Assembly: GCA_026984035.1 (NCBI GenBank) | Contig: JALSSW010000028.1 | Span: 5,745 to 69,744 of the forward strand | Source: Planctomycetota bacterium | Lineage (GTDB): Bacteria > Planctomycetota > UBA1135 > GCA-002748355 | Reading direction: 5' to 3' | DNA length: 64,000 nt | Shown here: piece after piece, positions 61,637-64,000 of the stretch | Layout of the letters: each line of letters starts with the position of its first letter | Numbering within the stretch: the first letter of the stretch is position 1 | Notes under the pieces: model-generated | Database searches by the model: none | What the model was told of the DNA's origin: nothing | What the model saw: only the letters and a program-made list of their open reading frames with translations | Program-made: the position numbers and the translations under genes

Positions 61637-62596
61637 TTACTGAGTTTGTTTAAGCCTAGTGAGGACAAGGGTGAGGGATGCAACTTTTCTTTTTTCGAGT
61701 GATATACGGAGTTCTAGTTGACGGATTTTTTTTCGTTTGTTGGTGTGTAAATCATGTTTCCTTGATGGGGGGGTGCGGAGATAGTCTCGACATCTTTGAA
61801 TGTCATCCTCAGCCCTGGAGATGACCCTATTTCTTTGTTCAAGCTCTTTTTCACACTTTTTCTGCAGTCTTAAAATCGTGGATTTTGGAGTCATCAAAAA
61901 AAGAGGCCTTTTCTCTTTAAGTTGTTTGATGTAAGCGTGAACCATCATCCTCACTTCGGCCAAATCGCTTTCCCTCCCAAGTGTCGAAAACTTACGAAGT
62001 GAATCTGCCAGTTCTGATGGGGTATAAATGGATCCAACGTGGAATTGATCGTCGACAGTAAGTTTTAAAAATTTCTGAAAGAACCGCAAGGATCTTTGAA
62101 GGTTATACTCCTTTCCAAAAGACCCGTAGACAACTCCCATGCCAAAATGGACCAAAGGGTCTTCGGGACGAAGCTTGTTGAGCTTTTTCCAAACTCTGAG
62201 CAGGTTTTTTGGGTCGCGTTCACGACGGAACAAGATCGCTTTTTCTATGAGAGTTTGAAGCTCGCCCTTTGTTTTACGAACAAGGTCCACAAAGGGGCGA
62301 AGCGCCTCTTTTTCCATTCCCTTGGGAAGGGCTTTGAGCAGGGCTTCTGCTACGATCATCGCCTCCCGATTCCTCCGCATGCCCAATAGAAGGTACATTT
62401 GGGCGCGAAGCAAAGTCGGATCGGATGCCCTCTGTTCCAACATGGAATGCAGGATTTTGAGAGCCTTCTCTTTGTTCCCTGCTCGGATGGCTTCCGTCAC
62501 CTGCTGTGGTGTTTGGTGGAGGTTTTGGGACACAAGATGTGTCGTAAAGAAAAAACAGGCTGAAAGAAAAACAAGTGAAATCTTGGGTTTGAGCAT
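61637..62596 (-). CDS. Hypothetical secreted helical-repeat (TPR-like) protein
   Basis: Signal peptide MLKPKISLVFLSACFFFTTHLVSQ, then helical repeats and a basic coiled C-terminus. Confidence 0.5.
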   Translation of the reverse strand: MLKPKISLVFLSACFFFTTHLVSQNLHQTPQQVTEAIRAGNKEKALKILHSMLEQRASDPTLLRAQMYLLLGMRRNREAMIVAEALLKALPKGMEKEALRPFVDLVRKTKGELQTLIEKAILFRRERDPKNLLRVWKKLNKLRPEDPLVHFGMGVVYGSFGKEYNLQRSLRFFQKFLKLTVDDQFHVGSIYTPSELADSLRKFSTLGRESDLAEVRMMVHAYIKQLKEKRPLFLMTPKSTILRLQKKCEKELEQRNRVISRAEDDIQRCRDYLRTPPSRKHDLHTNKRKKIRQLELRISLEKRKVASLTLVLTRLKQTQ

Positions 62597-62747
62597 GACG
62601 GCTTCTTTGTGAGCTGGAGGTTATTCTTTTTTGGGCGAAAGGATGTTTAGATCAACCTTTAAATCTTGGGAAATGCCCAGGATGTTGCAATGAAAAATTG
62701 ATCTTTTCTCCCTAACAATCTTGCTGTAACTTATTCAAAACAAGGAT

Positions 62748-64000
62748 TCAAAGGTTCTTTCGGATAAAATTCATCCGAAGGATTTGGGCGTGCAAGTTTC
62801 CGATCCCGTGTCGGGAGAGAGCATAGGGCATAAAGACGAAGTTCTGCTTTCCCGCTCTTTGGAGGGCATTGACGAGTTGGATGGCGTTTTGAAAGTGGAC
62901 ATTGTCATCTTTGACGCCGTGAAGGATGAGAAGTTTGCCCCTTAGGTTTTTGGCGGCCTCGGCAGTAACAACGGAGCTGCGGTTGTACCCATCCGGGTTG
63001 TGTTGGGGTGTTTGCATAAACCGTTCTGTGTAGATTGTGTCGTAGAGTCTCCAGTCATAGACACCCGAACTTGCGACGCCGCATTTGAACTTTTTGCTGT
63101 GCGTGAGGGCGAAGGCCGTCATGAAACCGCCATAACTGCCTCCGGAAATGCCGACCCTGGAAGGGTCAACCCAAGGGATGTTTTTGGCCATCCAGTCAAT
63201 GGCGTCTTCAAGATCTTTGAGTTCTTGGACGCCGAGCTGTTTGTAGCAAGTCTTTGTGAATTTCATGCCCCGTTTGGTGGCCGAGCGGACGTTGACCTGA
63301 AGTTTCCCAAACCAAGTGGGCCGGATGGGGCCCCTGTAACTGTCGCGGATCGTGGGTGCCGCAGGACCGGAATAGGTGTTGATCCAAAGGGGGTAGCGCT
63401 GACCCGGTTTCAAATGGGCGGGTGGGGTAAAGGTAAGATCGAGGGCTTCTCCATCCCTGGCATGGATGCGCCTTAGTGTGGGGAAAGATGCCCCTTTGGG
63501 CGGTTGTCGGGCGTAAACCCTGTGGAGGTCCCTGCCCTCAACGCTGCGAAGCCATTGTTCCCCCGGGTTTTCGAGGGAAGAAAAGCTGTCCAGCAGGAGG
63601 CTGAAATCCCCGTTGAAGGCCACCCTATGAGTCCCCCGGCCTCGTGTAACCATGCGCTGCCAGGATCCATCCAGAGCCGCCACATAAGCTTGTCGCCCAA
63701 TCCAATTCTTCTCGGTTGTTCCGTAAAAGGCGATCCTCCCCCGGGCCTCGTCCACCCGGATGATCCCCTCCGTGCTCCAAGCGCCATGGGAGATGGCGCA
63801 GATCAGTTTTCCCTTCGAGTCATAACGATAAATGTGGTGATAGCCCGTCCGGTCACTTTCCCATAAAAAGCTCCCGTCCTCCAACCAGCGAGGCAGAGCA
63901 GGTCTTTCCACCCAAGCATCCTTCCTTTCTTCATGCAACACCCTTACAAAGCTGCCGGTCTTCGGGTCTGCGAAGTTTAGGTCCATCCAAGTTTGCTCTC
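62748..64000 (-). CDS. Dipeptidyl-peptidase IV / prolyl oligopeptidase family S9 serine peptidase; N-terminus outside window
   Basis: Catalytic Ser block GISGGSYGGFMTAF, Asp block LHGVKDDNVH, and a His near ALSRHGI. The upstream beta-propeller region is GYHHIYRYDSKGKL. The frame stays open beyond the first ATG (63986) to the window edge. Confidence 0.85.
   Translation of the reverse strand, partial: EQTWMDLNFADPKTGSFVRVLHEERKDAWVERPALPRWLEDGSFLWESDRTGYHHIYRYDSKGKLICAISHGAWSTEGIIRVDEARGRIAFYGTTEKNWIGRQAYVAALDGSWQRMVTRGRGTHRVAFNGDFSLLLDSFSSLENPGEQWLRSVEGRDLHRVYARQPPKGASFPTLRRIHARDGEALDLTFTPPAHLKPGQRYPLWINTYSGPAAPTIRDSYRGPIRPTWFGKLQVNVRSATKRGMKFTKTCYKQLGVQELKDLEDAIDWMAKNIPWVDPSRVGISGGSYGGFMTAFALTHSKKFKCGVASSGVYDWRLYDTIYTERFMQTPQHNPDGYNRSSVVTAEAAKNLRGKLLILHGVKDDNVHFQNAIQLVNALQRAGKQNFVFMPYALSRHGIGNLHAQILRMNFIRKNL

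Noticed and set aside
1-64000. Scanned for CRISPR arrays, rRNA genes, integrases, phage structural genes, toxin-antitoxin pairs and known defence-system signatures
   Set aside because: None was recognised. Apart from the Rhs/Tc-like gene and the HUH transposase-like gene, the window looks like core chromosome.

Overview
This is a 64-kb chromosomal segment with mid-range GC (judged by eye, not computed). It is densely coding: about 50 protein genes and one tRNA. I saw no rRNA, CRISPR array or prophage. All calls come from reading motifs and domain architecture in the supplied translations and DNA; no database search was run.

Housekeeping genes (folC, aroB, ettA, pnp, class I FBA, an aldehyde dehydrogenase, an M19 dipeptidase, an S9 peptidase) are interspersed with a strong envelope/glycan theme:
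- a translationally coupled GT2 + DUF2304-like module;
- a GT4/GT1 pair next to an exosortase-EpsI pair and a 72-aa PEP-CTERM miniprotein;
- two glycosyltransferases fused to helical/TPR tails;
- a TMTC-like GT-C/TPR protein.

The gene content (PEP-CTERM, DUF1570-like, SEC-C, HpnCDE, many TPR proteins) resembles environmental PVC-type bacteria, but taxonomy is not established.

The most notable feature is a 6.2-kb gene (49336-55584, minus strand). It encodes a single-chain Tc-toxin-like BC cocoon: an SpvB-like N-terminus, seven FG-GAP units, an RHS shell and an RHS core. Its 332-aa C-terminal payload is unclassified and combines a Gly-zipper segment with an AHSQGG alpha/beta-hydrolase-like region. 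No downstream immunity gene is present. The gene sits inside a split squalene-synthesis operon, in the order hpnC - TSUP - toxin - hpnD - hpnE.

Secondary leads:
- the minimal exosortase module with its tiny substrate and a 0.9-kb gene-less upstream region;
- a ClpX paralog without a zinc-finger domain but with a novel C-terminal domain;
- a PilZ + degenerate cNMP-binding fusion with an unknown partner;
- a TrxR-like flavoprotein lacking NADPH motifs;
- a long-form HUH/Y1 transposase-like gene.
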